Of a stretch of 64,000 bases of DNA, positions 26,583 through 39,260 are shown piece by piece (within the stretch, counting starts at the first letter, position 1; every line of letters begins with the position of its first letter). This DNA is from Vicugna vicugna (Eukaryota): contig MU057744.1 of the NCBI GenBank assembly GCA_013265495.1, forward strand, positions 1,130,356 through 1,194,355. The letters are read 5' to 3'. A model generated the notes under the pieces. It was not told the origin of the DNA. It saw only the letters and a list, made by a program, of their open reading frames with translations, and made no database searches. Both the position numbers and the translations under genes were made by a program.

Positions 26583-27469
26583 GAAGTGTTAAAGATGACC
26601 ACAGAAGAGTTGGATTTGGGTAAGTTTTGCTAAAACATACCCTTTAAGTGCATAAACTCTATCCTCGTCTGGGGCACATTTCCAACCTCAAATACTGATG
26701 ACGTCTACAAGCTTTGTTTTCTAGTCCACAAGCAGGCTGGTGGGCCACTCCAAGCAGGGAAGAACACGCGACGTCATCACATTCCCGGTCCACGATGTGG
26801 TCACAGGCACTCCGCTCCCGTCCATTCAGCTCATGTAGTCTTGGCCGACAACGTCATCTGAGGTTACCGCACTGTTCAGGTGTCCTGCGTCATCACTTTC
26901 CATTCCCTCCACGTCTGCAGTCTCATTTTAGCTGTGAGGATCACGCGGCACGTCTGTAATGCCACTGGTGGGGACACCGGGGATGTTTGTTGCCGCTGCG
27001 GTCGAGGGCGCCCACTCCCACTCCGAGTGTCATGTCCGTGCGTGTGATTTAGAAGAAGAGGGTCTAAACATTTGCCCGCAGCAACTGTCTCAAAAAGGAT
27101 GTGCGAGCAAGGCAGTTTCTCCGTGCTCAGGGACAAATTCAGCCCCAGTATGTAGGTAGCTGTAACCCGCGTCACCTTCTCCCTAGAGTAAGTGACAGTG
27201 GAATAAAAATCCTCCCCCACAAGGGCACCCAGGGCTTCAGCGCCCCCGCGACTCCTGCTGCAGCTTCAGGCTGCCGTCCTACCGCGTCCCCCCCCAGGAA
27301 TCTCTCTCTAGGACAATCACTTTCATTTTATCGCTATTCTGTTCCAGGTCCATAAACGTAAGTGGGGGGGGGGGACCACCCAGAAATAGCATCAGAAAGA
27401 CGACGAAAACAGTGGGACGAAATCCCTTCTGAGAGTTACATGGGCTTTATGGAATTTCCTTTCTTACTA

Positions 27470-27830
27470 ATCCTCAGGACCGGCAAAAATAGGCCCCGGC
27501 TGCCCGTTCGGGCTCCTGAGGAGTCCTCGGCGGCGGACCCCTCCTAACCTGGACACCGAGCCGGGCAGCTGGGCGCGCGCCGGGCGGGGGTCCCCTCCGG
27601 AGCAGCTGCGCAGGAGCTCCGCGCGCTCAGCTTGGCCATCCTCCCTTCGCCGGTTGCCCGGTTTCTGGAATGTTGGAATAGTAAACAGTTGTTTCTCAGA
27701 GACAGAGATCGGGTTATCCACAGCCTCACATGCTAAATTTAAATTTAATAAAGCTCTTTCCCAACAACCCAGATCAGTGATTGGCAGCCCGGGTTGGGGG
27801 CGTGGAATGGTCCGCCGTTAGGAGGCTGGG
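27470..27830 (-). promoter_or_regulatory. CpG-island promoter oriented toward the minus strand
   Basis: CpG-dense core. On the minus strand: GC box CCACGCCCCC (27796-27805), CCAAT (27780-27784), AT-rich TATA-like element (27734-27752), TGTTTAC forkhead motif (27681-27687) and CATTCC motifs. Confidence 0.7.
27549..27720 (-). other. Candidate first exon (coding start MAKLSARSSCAAAPEGTPARRAPSCPARCP, phase-1 donor)
   Basis: ATG at 27639 in strong context (aggATGG); 91 nt to CAG|GTTAGG donor at 27548; lies just downstream of the promoter elements. Gene not recognised. Confidence 0.45.
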
Positions 27831-27940
27831 GGAAGGAACCAGCAGGGAGCGTTTGAAAAGGCACCGGAGAGATTCTGCCCCTCACCTGCAAACCCCAGCG
27901 CTTCTTCAGAAAACCACTGGCACAGATCTTGGACTTTTGG

Positions 27941-28072
27941 TGGGGGTGGGGGGTGGGGTAATCAGGTTTATGTTTTGTGTATTTATTGTTTTTTCAGTGG
28001 GGGTACTGGGGACGGAACCCAGAATCCCCCGCGTGCTCGGCATGCGCTCTGCCGCTGAGCTGTACCCTCCTC
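27941..28072 (-). mobile_element. tRNA-derived SINE (GC-shifted copy)
   Basis: ggggacggaacccagaatcccccgcgtgctcggcatgcgctctgccgctgagct. Confidence 0.85.
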
Positions 28073-28522
28073 GCATCTTGGATTTTGATGGAGGCCTTGT
28101 CTGGCTTTCCCTGCAGTTTGCCCACAATGCTCCTGACACATCAGAACGAACCTCTGAGGCACTTAGGGAAGATGACACAGACCTCCCTCCCCAGGGCTGC
28201 CCTGTGAACTTTCTCACACTTACGTGGGGCTGACTGTTGACAACAGCTGACTGAGTGTCTTAGGTTTGATCCTGGGAGCTGCGGAAGATTGCAGGGGTAA
28301 ACTGGGACGTCATCCACCACGTCTTCCGTCATGCCTGCAGAACAGGTATGCTGCGCAGCCTGGAGCAAACAAAAGCCAGACGTGGAGGTCATGCATCTTC
28401 CCCGCTCGCATCCTACTCTTGTGCTGTGAGCTCGGGAGGGAAGCGCCTCCGTGCAGAGAAGCCTGGGAGAGGGAAGCACAGACATCACTTACCTGAGCCA
28501 TAACCGAAAGGACCCTGTGACT

Positions 28523-28636
28523 TTTTGTTGCTGCTGTTGGTTTTCCCCTTAACCGAGGCCCTGGGGATCGAACCCAGGACCGTGAGCACGCCGAGCATGC
28601 GCTCTGCCACCGAGTTATACCCCGCCCCCACCCCCG
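28523..28636 (-). mobile_element. tRNA-derived SINE (GC-shifted copy)
   Basis: ggggatcgaacccaggaccgtgagcacgccgagcatgcgctctgccaccgagtt. Confidence 0.85.
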
Positions 28637-28999
28637 CTGACTCCTGCGTGTCAGGGAGACCAAAATGAGCCCGTGTATCCCAAACCGCTGGTCGCTTCCT
28701 GTTTGGTAAGCCATGAAGAACTGCCCATGAGCCTGGGGAAGACGGATTCTTGGCCCTCTGGCTATCACCTGAATTGGCCATTTAGTTATGCAAGTAGAAG
28801 GCAAAACCCAAAACTGGAAAATGAGACCACGGCAGACGCTCACTTGTTGGTGGCTAACACAGGGACTTCCAAGCTAACGACCGACCACATCCACGCGCGG
28901 CGGTTCCCAGAGCGGCCCGAGGCCCGCGCGGGTCGGAGCTGTTTTCCCAGCACTGAGACGGTGCTGGTCGCTGCCGCTCCCGTCCTCTCGTGAGCGGAC

Positions 29000-29300
29000 A
29001 GGCAAGTTTCCCCACGCTGTACGGCGTGGATGATCAGCCTGCAGGAGCAGACAGGAGACTTCAGCTGCCTTCTGTTAAGATACACGATAAAGAAACATGC
29101 ACCAAGGCAAAACAATGCTACTGTACTCATTTTTTTTGAAAAATAGTTACGTTTCATAAAAATATATTCCTTGTGTGAAATGTATGTGACCACATAATGG
29201 GTTTGCTATGGTTTTTCTAAAATGAATTAATAAACATTCATCAAATTTCTCAGGTTTCATATGGTAAATATTGAGAGGTACAACCTTGATAAATAAGTCT
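29000..29300 (+). mobile_element. Charlie1-type hAT DNA transposon fragment
   Basis: gcaggagcagacaggagacttcagctgccttctgttaag...aaaacaatgctact...aaatgaattaataaac...atggtaaatattga matches the recalled Charlie1 3' portion. Confidence 0.75.
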
Positions 29301-29306
29301 TTGTGG

Positions 29307-29456
29307 GGGGAGGGGATAGCTCAGGGGTAGAGCGCATGCTTAGCGTGCAGGGGGTCCTGGATTCAATCCCCAGTACCTTTATTAAAATAAATAAATACAT
29401 AAACCTCATTACCTTCCCCCCAAAACAAACAAAAAAACTTAATTAAAAGAAAAAAG
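29307..29456 (+). mobile_element. tRNA-derived SINE
   Basis: Full SINE body; TSD aagtctttgtgg at 29295-29306 and 29457-29468. Confidence 0.93.
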
Positions 29457-29860
29457 AAGTCTTTGTGGTTCCGCTATAAAAACTGTGGAAAACAAACAAA
29501 GGATCAGGAAACAGGAAAATAAACATTATTTGTTTAAGCCCCTGTGAGTCTGGCTTTCTGGTCTCAGTCTCCCAAGCACGGCTAATGGATTCAGTGACTT
29601 AAGAAGCTCTAAACGTTATACCCGTGACAGGCAGGACTGTGGATTTTGGTTGCCTTGAGAAAAATGTCTTACTCCATTCTTTCCCTTACACAGACTTAGA
29701 GACGACTCTGTGCCTAAAACCAAAACAACACACACCAAAGAAACTGTGTGGGATGGCGGGGCGGGTGTGCTTTCTGACAGCTGCTGACAGATCAGTGGCT
29801 GGGTGGACGACGGTTTCTTGCCCACCCAGTGCTGCCCGGGGACCCACGCGCTGAGACCAG

Positions 29861-29902
29861 CCTCTCCCTGGGGGTGCCTCACCTCTCCCTGGGGGCGCCT
29901 CA
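29861..29902. repeat. 21-bp tandem duplication
   Basis: cctctccctggggg(t/c)gcctca x2. Confidence 0.9.
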
Positions 29903-31670
29903 CCGCTCCGCTGGGACACAGGGCTCTGCTTCCACACACTCAGCCCTTTGTCTCTGATTCTGGCTTCTCCATCTTGGTGTTCCTCTGGGTTCTCAATGCT
30001 GCTCAGCGTACAAATTCAGGTGCAGTCTCTCCATCTGCTGCATCCCCCATCAATCTAGGTGAAAGCTGTTGCTCTTGGCTCTGGCCCCTGGGAACCTAAC
30101 AACCCCCCGGAGCTCCTCGGTGGTCGTCTGGCCGAGCCAGCCCAGCCCCCCTGTACAGGGGAGGAGCAGGGGATTCGGCCACTTTCAACGATCAGGCGCC
30201 CTCATCCCGGAAAACGACGTGTGAGAAAATAATGTCTGGAAACAGAAGCACCTGATCGTTTGTTACTGCTCCTCTTGTCCTGAGTTGCGGTCTCTGGCCG
30301 GGGTCCCAGCAGACGGGACGGCAGGTGGGCCCGCCTGCCTCGGCCCCTTTCACGCTTCTCTCATATTCTTCACAGGGAACACCTCCTTTGGGCCTTATTT
30401 TTTCCCCTTAAGATTGCCCTACGTTTGCTTTTACACTGTTTCACAGGTGGAAAGTGTGTGTGTGAAGGAGAAGGTGAGGGGGTGGGTGGCGATGGGGGGA
30501 GACGGGATGCCCCGTCAGACTCCCCCAGACCCTGGTCGTCAAGGCTGGAGAGTCCCTCCATTGTCAGAGACGAGCTTCTGGACCCAGGACGGAAGGACTG
30601 CACAGGGAGTGATGTGGGGTGTGTCCTGCTCGGGGACAGAATGGACTGAGTACACACCCATTCTTCTGTTTCTTTGCACCAGTTTCTCATGCCCTGGTTC
30701 TCTGTCAGGTTTCACCTCTATAGGATGCATGCGCTGTCTTCCATTTGTTTTCTACAAAACTTACTTTCTGCCTTTCACTCCTAGACGGAGCCTCACAGTG
30801 GGCAGCCAGTCTGGCCCGCCCAACTCTGGCCCTGGGGATTCCCTTCCCAGACGACAGGGGGCTTAGACAGTGCTGTTGTGACATCTGCGATTAAGCTCTC
30901 TCTTTTCTCCTCCCCTTCCCACTCCTCTTTCTCTTCCTCCTTTCTTTCTTTCTCTCTCTCTCCTTTACACTCCTTCTCAGGAAGGGCAAACCATGAATTA
31001 CCGTGTGCTGCAGGAGCATAACCAGGGAGGGGCAGACGGTACACCTGGCCTGTGCACGCAGACTTTCTCACCGACCACACCTGAGCAGTTCCAGGGAGCC
31101 ACGTGCGGGAGGAGAGCTGCCCCCGGGCCCTTGTGTCCTCCCTTCTTCCCGCTGGGTGGTCCCTCAGGTGCACTCTTGCTTCCTGTCCAAGGTCTGTGTT
31201 CTGGAGAGAAGGTGTGTCTGGATTAAAAGCACAGAAGTTCAGGACTCTGACCAGCTCACGAGGGAGTCTAACATGGGATGCTGACCTCATGACCTCCACG
31301 GCCCAACCACATAAAGAAATTGTTGGTGAAAGAGGGATGGTGAGGGCCTGCTGAATTTCAGACCCCGCGTGTTCCAGCTCTCCTGCTCTCCAGTGCTGCG
31401 CAAATTCACACCCGAGATCGATCTGGGCACTAGCGAGAGCTGACTCTTACATGTAATTTTGTACTGGAAAAAGGAAATATTAGAGAAAGAAAAAAAAATC
31501 ACTGGACAAATTAAGAAGATAAAGGGGTTTCTTTTAGGTTAACAATGAAAGAGGCAGACTAAAAGCCGATTCCCAAATCTCAGGGAATATTCTTTTATCT
31601 CTAAGGATTATAGTAGGTCCCTGGAAAAATGGGACTGGAAGACTTTTTGTATTGCGGTTAAAAAGCAATG

Positions 31671-31795
31671 ATATAACTCAGTTAAAAATAAAATAAAATT
31701 TAAAAATACACCTCAAAAATAAAATTCAGTGAAAAATATCACTCAAAAATAAAGTTAAATTAAAAAAATATAACTCAGTTAAAAATAAAATTTAA
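31671..31795. repeat. Degenerate ~30-bp AT-rich minisatellite (about 4 units)
   Basis: atataactcagttaaaaataaaat occurs at 31671 and 31768, with two diverged units between. Confidence 0.7.
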
Positions 31796-32821
31796 TTAAG
31801 AAAATGCAAGGAAGGAGAAGGAAGGTGAGGAGGAGGAGGACAAAAGAGTAAGAGCACGAAGGAAAAGGAAAAGGTAAGGGGAAGCAACAGGCGGAAGCAG
31901 AAATGATGCATCTAATGTGCGGTAAATTGATATTTTAAATATAAGTAGTAATATATGGTAATGTGCTACACACATACGTTCACACTCAGCATGTACTTAT
32001 CAACATAACTTACAAGATCACTTAGTATCCATGTTTAATTACAAAATATTTAATTGCAATATGTATTTTATATATACATATATATAATTACATGTGGTTT
32101 TTTTGCATGTGTATCTCTCTATTTGATTCTAAATTCCTTAAGTCAAGACCAAAGCACCATGACCTGTGACCTGCATGTAGGAACTACTCAGTGTTTTCTG
32201 AACAGAAAAGTTTGGTTCACCAAGTCAGACTTTACGGATGCCTTCTGATACACGTTTTTCATGCCAAATGCACGGCATCCTCAAAGCACACAGTTACCAA
32301 GTCACACATCTTCTTCTGACGTTTATAAGGTGCGGATGCACAAGGAGAGGACTTTAGAGCCGGAAGTGTAAAGCTTGACAAAAGGTGAGTGAGTTAAAAA
32401 AAAAACAAAACAGCCTCGGTACAGCTGTGCCGCGGAGTATGATGCAGCCATGGAAACACAAGGCAGGCCAGTTGGACGCCCTGGTGTGAAAGCAATGTAA
32501 GACATGCGGGTAAGGGCCGCCCTTCTAAGCACCCCTATTTGTGTCACTAGTGGTCCACTCTGCTAGTGACACAGGCTCAGCCCCCTCGTCTTCTCACATC
32601 TAGTGAGTCGCACAGTCCTTTACTTCGAGAACTGCCGTTTTAATTCCAATCCACAGCATGGCACTGGCGTCCAAGGCCTGTTTCTAGTTTCTCGCTGCTC
32701 TGAGTCCTTTATGTGTATCATGTCCTTGGCTTACCTGCATTTCTCAGGAGCCTGAATTTAACAGTTTCAGCCAGCAGTGAAGACTTCACATAATTTCACT
32801 ACCTAAACTGGGGTTTTACTA

Positions 32822-32911
32822 TTTTTTTTAATGGAGGGACTGGGGATTGAACCCAGGACCTCGCGCCTGCTAAGCATGTGCTGTATCCCTGAGCTATTAC
32901 CCATTCACCCC
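32822..32911 (-). mobile_element. tRNA-derived SINE
   Basis: ggggattgaacccaggacctcgcgcctgctaagcatg. Confidence 0.9.
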
Positions 32912-34297
32912 ACTGAACTGCATTTAAGCCTCCTATGGAAGAAACTGCATTTTTGGCATCTTTGCAGTCCCAACAGGTAACACACGCCCTGCAGGTAAGA
33001 AGCGTGTAATCAACAGGGTGGTCGTTCCTGACCCTGCCCCTTCAGATGCATCCCGGCTTGGAGACACATTTCCTGGTCACCCTGCGAGCGACTGTGGACG
33101 GTGATCATGGCGAGAAGCATCCTGCCCACTGCCTCTCATCTGGCTTCTTTCCCACTCTTTCCTTTCCCCGCGAGACCTCCAGATTTTCTATGTTTGTTTC
33201 TGAAAACCCGAACCAAACCATTCGTCAGCGCTTCCTTCACCGGGAAATACAGAATTGTCGTTTTCATTTCAAGCCCAGTAGAATGTTAGCGTGAGACCAT
33301 TGTGTCCTGAGAAGCTGTGTGCCAAGTACTGCTCTCCTCCTTTGGGCTCAGCTGACAGAGACGAGGGCAGAAGTGGTTTGGCACGGAGGTGACGTGGAAC
33401 AAACACCATGCTCTTCGTGTAGCCTGAGCTAACCCTGTGGGTCTGAATGTAAGCGCAGGACAAAACCAGCAGGTGACACAATGGGACAGCAATTTAGTTC
33501 CCTGATATTTTAAAGCATCATTATCGTGAGTAGCCCGAAGGAAGACATGGTTTCGGATGTCAGTTGTCACTGGTATCAAAGGGATTAAGAAATTCAAATT
33601 TTATTTAGTCCCTAAGCAGTCAATTAAGATGGGATCCACCAAAGCAATGGGACTCGAGGATTTAGATTCTGGTTTCAGTCCTTCTGAAAATAGCAGATAC
33701 TGCCTTGATCTGAACTTAGCACAGCCCTCTTGGCAATGGGCACGACTTGTGAGAATTCTGCCTGGCAGGGGTGGAGGCTGTCTCATCCTCCGTGTGCAGA
33801 GCGCTGCCTTCGGCACCTGGTTCAGTGTAAGAACCCTTCACGTGAGCAACGCGCTCAATTCAGACTGCGGGAGACAAACCTGTTACGGGGCAGGAGGGTT
33901 CCACATAGTGTTGTGGCCAGATTTCCCCTCCTAGAGCATGTCTGGTTTTGGTCCAGGTGGTGTTATGGTACTGTCCTGTATGCTTAGACACCTTTTGAAA
34001 AGAAAGTTTCAGAGGAGATAGGATGTTCAGTTAATCCTGTGCTGCAGAAGCAAAGCCAGCCCTTTGCCAGAACCTAGGTAGGATCTTGCTGGCCAGGGGC
34101 TTGCCCTCTTACACACACCGGCTCCTGCCGGGTAGACCAGCAGACTGGCAGAATGTCTGTAACAGAGAACAATTTCTAAATACTCCTATTTCTCGGGTGT
34201 AGAAGCAGCTGAGAGGCTCTTAGTGGTTTTTCAGATGCCTTTTCCAAATGACATTTGTTCATGAGCCAGAGCTTACTTGTAGAACCAAAACTAGGGA

Positions 34298-34465
34298 CAG
34301 GACTGGCTACATCATTTATGGGGCTCAGTGCAAAAAGAAAATACAAGACCTCTGGTTCAAAAATGAACAATATCCAGTGGGTGGTGACAGCAGAGCATTA
34401 ACCCCAGCATGGGAGCCTTCCGAGGGGCGGTGGGGAGCCTGGGGCCCAGAACAGGTTGCCTGCTT
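34298..34465. mobile_element. MER45A-like hAT MITE
   Basis: ggctacatcatttatggggctcagtgcaaaaagaaaat...gttcaaaaa...gacagcagagcattaacc. Confidence 0.75.
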
Positions 34466-35487
34466 TATTCACCAGTTCTCTCTGACCAGTTGTCTCAACT
34501 GCCACAAGCCAGGGTTTGTTCTCAGGGCTGAGGTCCCCAGAAAGCCACTTCAGCAACACCTGGGAACTGGTGGGAGATGTCAATCCTGAGCGCCTACTGA
34601 GACAGGAGGGAGGGGGCAGGGCGCAGCCGTTACAGGAATGGCACAGCCATCAGCACCAAGATGGCAGAAGGGTCAGCTCCCAGTAGACCTGAGCGTCAGC
34701 GCACACTCACTGGGTACAGCAACTGCCAAGTGACACTCCCACAGGTGCCAGCGCAGTTTCCAGGCTGCCCATGGAAGGTCAAAGGGTGAGTGACGGCCCA
34801 TCCTGGGCTCCCAGCCCTGCCCCAAAGCAGTGGGAACAGTCCTCCCACTTGTCAGCATATGATGTCACCGAGCCCAGAAAACTAACCACCCCCTCTTACA
34901 CATGGTGTAAGCTCATTTTTCCTAGCGGACCCCACGGTCTGAGGCTGTGAAGCCAAGGACCCTCACCTGGTGGGGCGCATCCCAGGGACTCTCCTGAGAC
35001 CTGGGACATGGCCCTCCTCTCGCCCCACATGTTTCCTGTATCACTCTCTGGGGTTAAACACGCACTCCAGGTGATTCTGTCTCCTGCTCAAGTTTGAGAA
35101 CCACTCCCTGCGGCAGATTTCAATGGCTAGAGTGATAGATTTCAAAAGGGGAGTTTAGGGGTCATGCAGCCTATCCCGTACTGGTAGGAAGTTCGGGGCC
35201 AGGAGAAGCAGGCGAGGCCTGGTGCTCACGGTTTACTCTTTACTCTTCAGCTGAAGAATTTTCAAAGCACCAAGCCACCTCCCCAGTAGAACCAGCTCAT
35301 ATCCCAGTTTTAAAGATGAGGAAATCGAAATGCCAGAAGTGTTCAATGAGTCGTCAAGGGGAGCTGGGATTAAACCCCAGTGCTCCCAAATCCCCTGCCC
35401 GTGGCCCCACGCTCGGTCTTCAGGTAATATGATACAGTGGACAGGTGAGCTGGGTGGCTGTCCACTTCCTGCATCAAAACCCAACAC

Positions 35488-36068
35488 GGGCGGAGGGTGT
35501 GGCTCAGGGCTAGAGTGCAGTGCTTAGCATACACGAGGTCCTGGGTTCAACCCCCAGTACTGCCATTAGAATGATAATAATAATAATTAATAATAAATAA
35601 TAAAAATAATAATATTAATGCCATTTGCAGCAACATGGATGGACCTGGAGATCATCATTCTAAGCGAAGTAAGTCAGACAGAGAAAGACAAATGCTGTAT
35701 GATATCACTTATGTGTGGAATTAAAAAAAATGACACAAATGAACTTATTTACAAAACAGACACAGACTCCCAGACACAGAGGAAAGGACTTAGGGTTACC
35801 AGGGGTTAAAGGGGGTGGGAAGGGATAAACTGGGAGCTCCAGATTTGCACCTCTTGGGGAGTGATGGAAATGTCAGCTCTCCTGATGGCAGCGGTGGCTT
35901 CACGGGTGTAGACATCTATCAAAACTCATCAAATTGTGCATCTAAAATATGTGTAGTTTACTGTACAGAAATTATACCACAATAAAGTTGTTTTTTTTAA
36001 ATTACAATAATAAATAAACCTAATTACCACCCCCTACAATTAAAAAAATTTTTTAATTAAAAAAAAAC
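35488..36068 (+). mobile_element. tRNA-derived SINE split by a chimeric L1 3' end (~35600-35995)
   Basis: SINE head 35488-35575 and tail taaacctaattaccacccc at 36015-36035; the L1 3'UTR between them switches to an L1MD/ME-type tail at ~35850. Confidence 0.88.
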
Positions 36069-36879
36069 CCAGTGAGAACCAACACAGCTGATCACCCCAG
36101 GAGGTGTGCAGCTCAGACTGGCTCCGTTTGGTGTGAGGACAAGGACTGCCGGAGGGCGTGGCCATGCTCAAGAAGCTGGAATTTGTGACTCACGCTGTGT
36201 GGACCCAAGGACCTCGGCCCAGCCCACGAGGGAGGCTTGCAGGCTCCTCTCCTGGTCTGAGCAGCCCCAGGCCTCTTCTGCATCCGCAGGCCTGCCCCTG
36301 GCATTCCTGCCGCTAAGTCCCTCTGAAAGCCTTGGCCCAGCTTTGCATTCTTTCCATTCTTAGGCCGAGGCTATTTGCAGTCTCTCCACCTGTCACGTGT
36401 GTGTTAGGCTGCCAAGGGCGAGTGCGGCTCCAGGCTTATTTAGAACACCATGCTTTCTTTGAATGTGCCATTTTAGGGGCCACTTGACGAATCTTCACAG
36501 CCTTTCAGCTGTGCCGCTGCACTTGGGTTGGTGACTTACATTGACTTAGGTACGTATTAAGCTAGTTTCTTGTAGGGCCTGAATTATTTCCCCGCTTGCA
36601 AATGAGAAATCTTGACAACTGACTAACTGGACAACATGCGGTTGAGTAAAGAAGATACTGTATGAGTCCAAACAATACAGAAGTTACAGAAGGATTATTA
36701 TAGAAGAAATGCCAGTGGGAAGGAAGCAAGTAAACATAGTGGGATAGAAAGTAAGAGGAAAACTTAACGTTCAGAGTTGCAATTTACATTTGTAAATGGA
36801 AAACAGTCGCCAGTACAATGACTTACATGGGAAATCGTGGACGGTATTGATCCACAAAGAAAGCAGATTGTATTGTAGA

Positions 36880-39260
36880 CCCAAGTGTGAAACTCCTTGA
36901 GGGTAACGTGGGGAGAGTCTAGGAGACCTCGGGTCTAGTGATGAGGTTTTAAATACAGGACCCAAAGTACAATCTACGGAAGAAATGGTAAGTTGAACTT
37001 CATTAAAATAAAAAAAAAAACTTCTGTGAAAGTTACTATTAAAAGAATGAAAAGACAAGTCACACACTGGGAGGAAATATTTGCAAAAGACATCTCTGAT
37101 GAAGGACTGTTACCCAAAATATACAAAGAACTCTTAAACTCAACAATGAGATACCAGCAGATGCGTCAGAAAACAAGACATTCAGACGGCAGACAAGCAT
37201 ATGGAAAGATGTTTTCCATCATATGTCATTAGGGAATTGCAGATTAAACCAATAATGAGATACCACCACATACCTGTTAGCATGGCTGACATCCAAAGCT
37301 CTGACAGCACGAAACGCTGGCGAGGGTTAGAGCAGCAGGAACTCTCACATTCAGTGCTGGTGGGAGGGCACAGCAGAGCAGCCGCTTTAGAGGACACCTG
37401 GAATTTCTTATAAAACTGAACATACTCGTATCATATGATCCGAAAATAGTGTTTACTGCTTATCCAAATGCTTAAAAAACTTAGGTCCATATGAGAACCC
37501 ACATGTGAATGTTTATGGCAGTTTTATTCATAATTGCCAAAACTTGGAAGTAAGCAAGATGTCCTTCAGGAGGTGGATGGCTGAGCAAATTGTGGTCCAC
37601 CCAGACAAGGGAGTACTATACAATGAAAAAAAGAAATGAGCTATCAAGCCATAAAAAGACACGGAGAAACCTTAAAAGCGTGTTACTAAGTGAAAGAAGC
37701 TAATTAAACGTACAAGCTTCTGCACAGCAAAGGAAACCTAAGTAAAACACAACGACAACCTAAGGAATGGGAGAAAATATTTGCAAATGATGTGACTGAC
37801 AAAGGTTTAATTTCCAGAACATATAAACAGCTCATACAACTTAATAAAAAAAAAAAAGAAAGAACCCAATCCAAAAATGGGCAGAAGACCTAAACAAGCA
37901 ATTCTGCAATGAAGACCTACAAATAGCCAATAGGTACAAGAAAAAATGCTCAATATCACTAATTATCAGAGAAATGCAAATCAAAACTACACTGGGCTAT
38001 CACCTCACACCAGTCAGAATGGCCATCATGAAAATGTCCACAAACAATAAATGCTGGAGAGGCTGTGGAGAAAAGGGAACCCTCCTACACTGCTGGTGGG
38101 AATGCAGTTTGGTGAAGCCACTGTGGAAAACAGGATGGAGATTCCTTTAAAAATGGAAAACAGACTTACCATATAATCCAGCAATCCCACTCCTGGGCAT
38201 GTATCTGGAGAGAACTCTAATTTGAAAAGACACATGCATCCCAATGTTTATAGCAGCACTATTGACAATAGCCAAGACATGGAAGCAACCTAAATGTCCA
38301 TCGACAGATGACTGCATAAAGAAGATGTGGTATATTTATACAGTGGGATACTATTCAGCCATAAAAAAGAATAAAATAATGCCATTTGCAGCAACATGGA
38401 TGGACCCAGAGATCGTTGTTCTAAGTGAAGTAAGCCAGAAAGAGAAAGAAAATATCATACGATATTTTGGAGTCTTAAAAAAAAAAAGACACAAATGAAC
38501 TTATCTACAAAACATACTAAACAATCTTGTAGTTACCGGGGGAAAGGGGATGGGAAGGGATAAATTTGGCAGTTTGAGGTTTGCAAATGTTAGCCACTAT
38601 ATATAAAAACAGATTAAAAAAAACAAATTTCTTCTGTATAGCACAGGGAACTATATCCAATATTTTGCAATAACCTTTAATGAGAAAGAATATGAAAATG
38701 AATATATGTATGTATATGCATGACTGGGACATTGTGCACCAAAAATTGACACACTGTAACTGACTATACTTCGATAAAAAAAGAAAAAAAAATGAATATA
38801 AAAAAAGAAGCCAATCTGGAAAGGCCATGTACTGTGTGATTCTGTATGACATTCTGGAAAAGGCAAAACTATTGAGACAGTAAAATGATCAGTGGCTGGC
38901 AGGGGTCTGGGGAGAGGGTGCAATGACCAGGTGGAGCACAGGACATTTTTAAGGAGGGAAACTATTCAGTGGGATGTTATAAGGATGGACACAGGTCATT
39001 ATATACATTTGTCAAAGTCCCTAGAATATGCAGTACCAAATACGAATCCGAATGTGACGATGGACGTTATAGTTACCAATAACGTGTTAATGTTGGTGCA
39101 TCAGTTGTGAGAAATGTTTCACACCAATTGTAAGATATTAATAGTAGGGGAAACTATTACTAATAGGGGAAATAGGTGAGGAAGTAGATGAGAAACCTCT
39201 GTATTGTCAGCTGAATTTTTCTGCAAACTTAAAACTGCTCAAAAAGTAAGCCCTATTAAT
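36880..39260 (+). mobile_element. Ancient L1MB/MC ORF2-3'UTR interrupted by a young L1 (37702-38805)
   Basis: Old element breaks at gaaagaagctaat and resumes at aaagaagccaatctgga; the inner element has ORF2 peptides and a young 3'UTR. Confidence 0.9.

Noticed and set aside
783..27720. Gene symbol for the minus-strand transcription unit
   Set aside because: The short peptides were not recognised and no internal coding exons are visible in the window.
28310..28843. 177-aa minus-strand ORF near the promoter
   Set aside because: Reads through a SINE and has no recognisable domain.
30285..30866. 193-aa ORF, the longest in the track
   Set aside because: Non-ATG start, no recognisable domain or splice structure; consistent with a chance ORF in GC-rich DNA.
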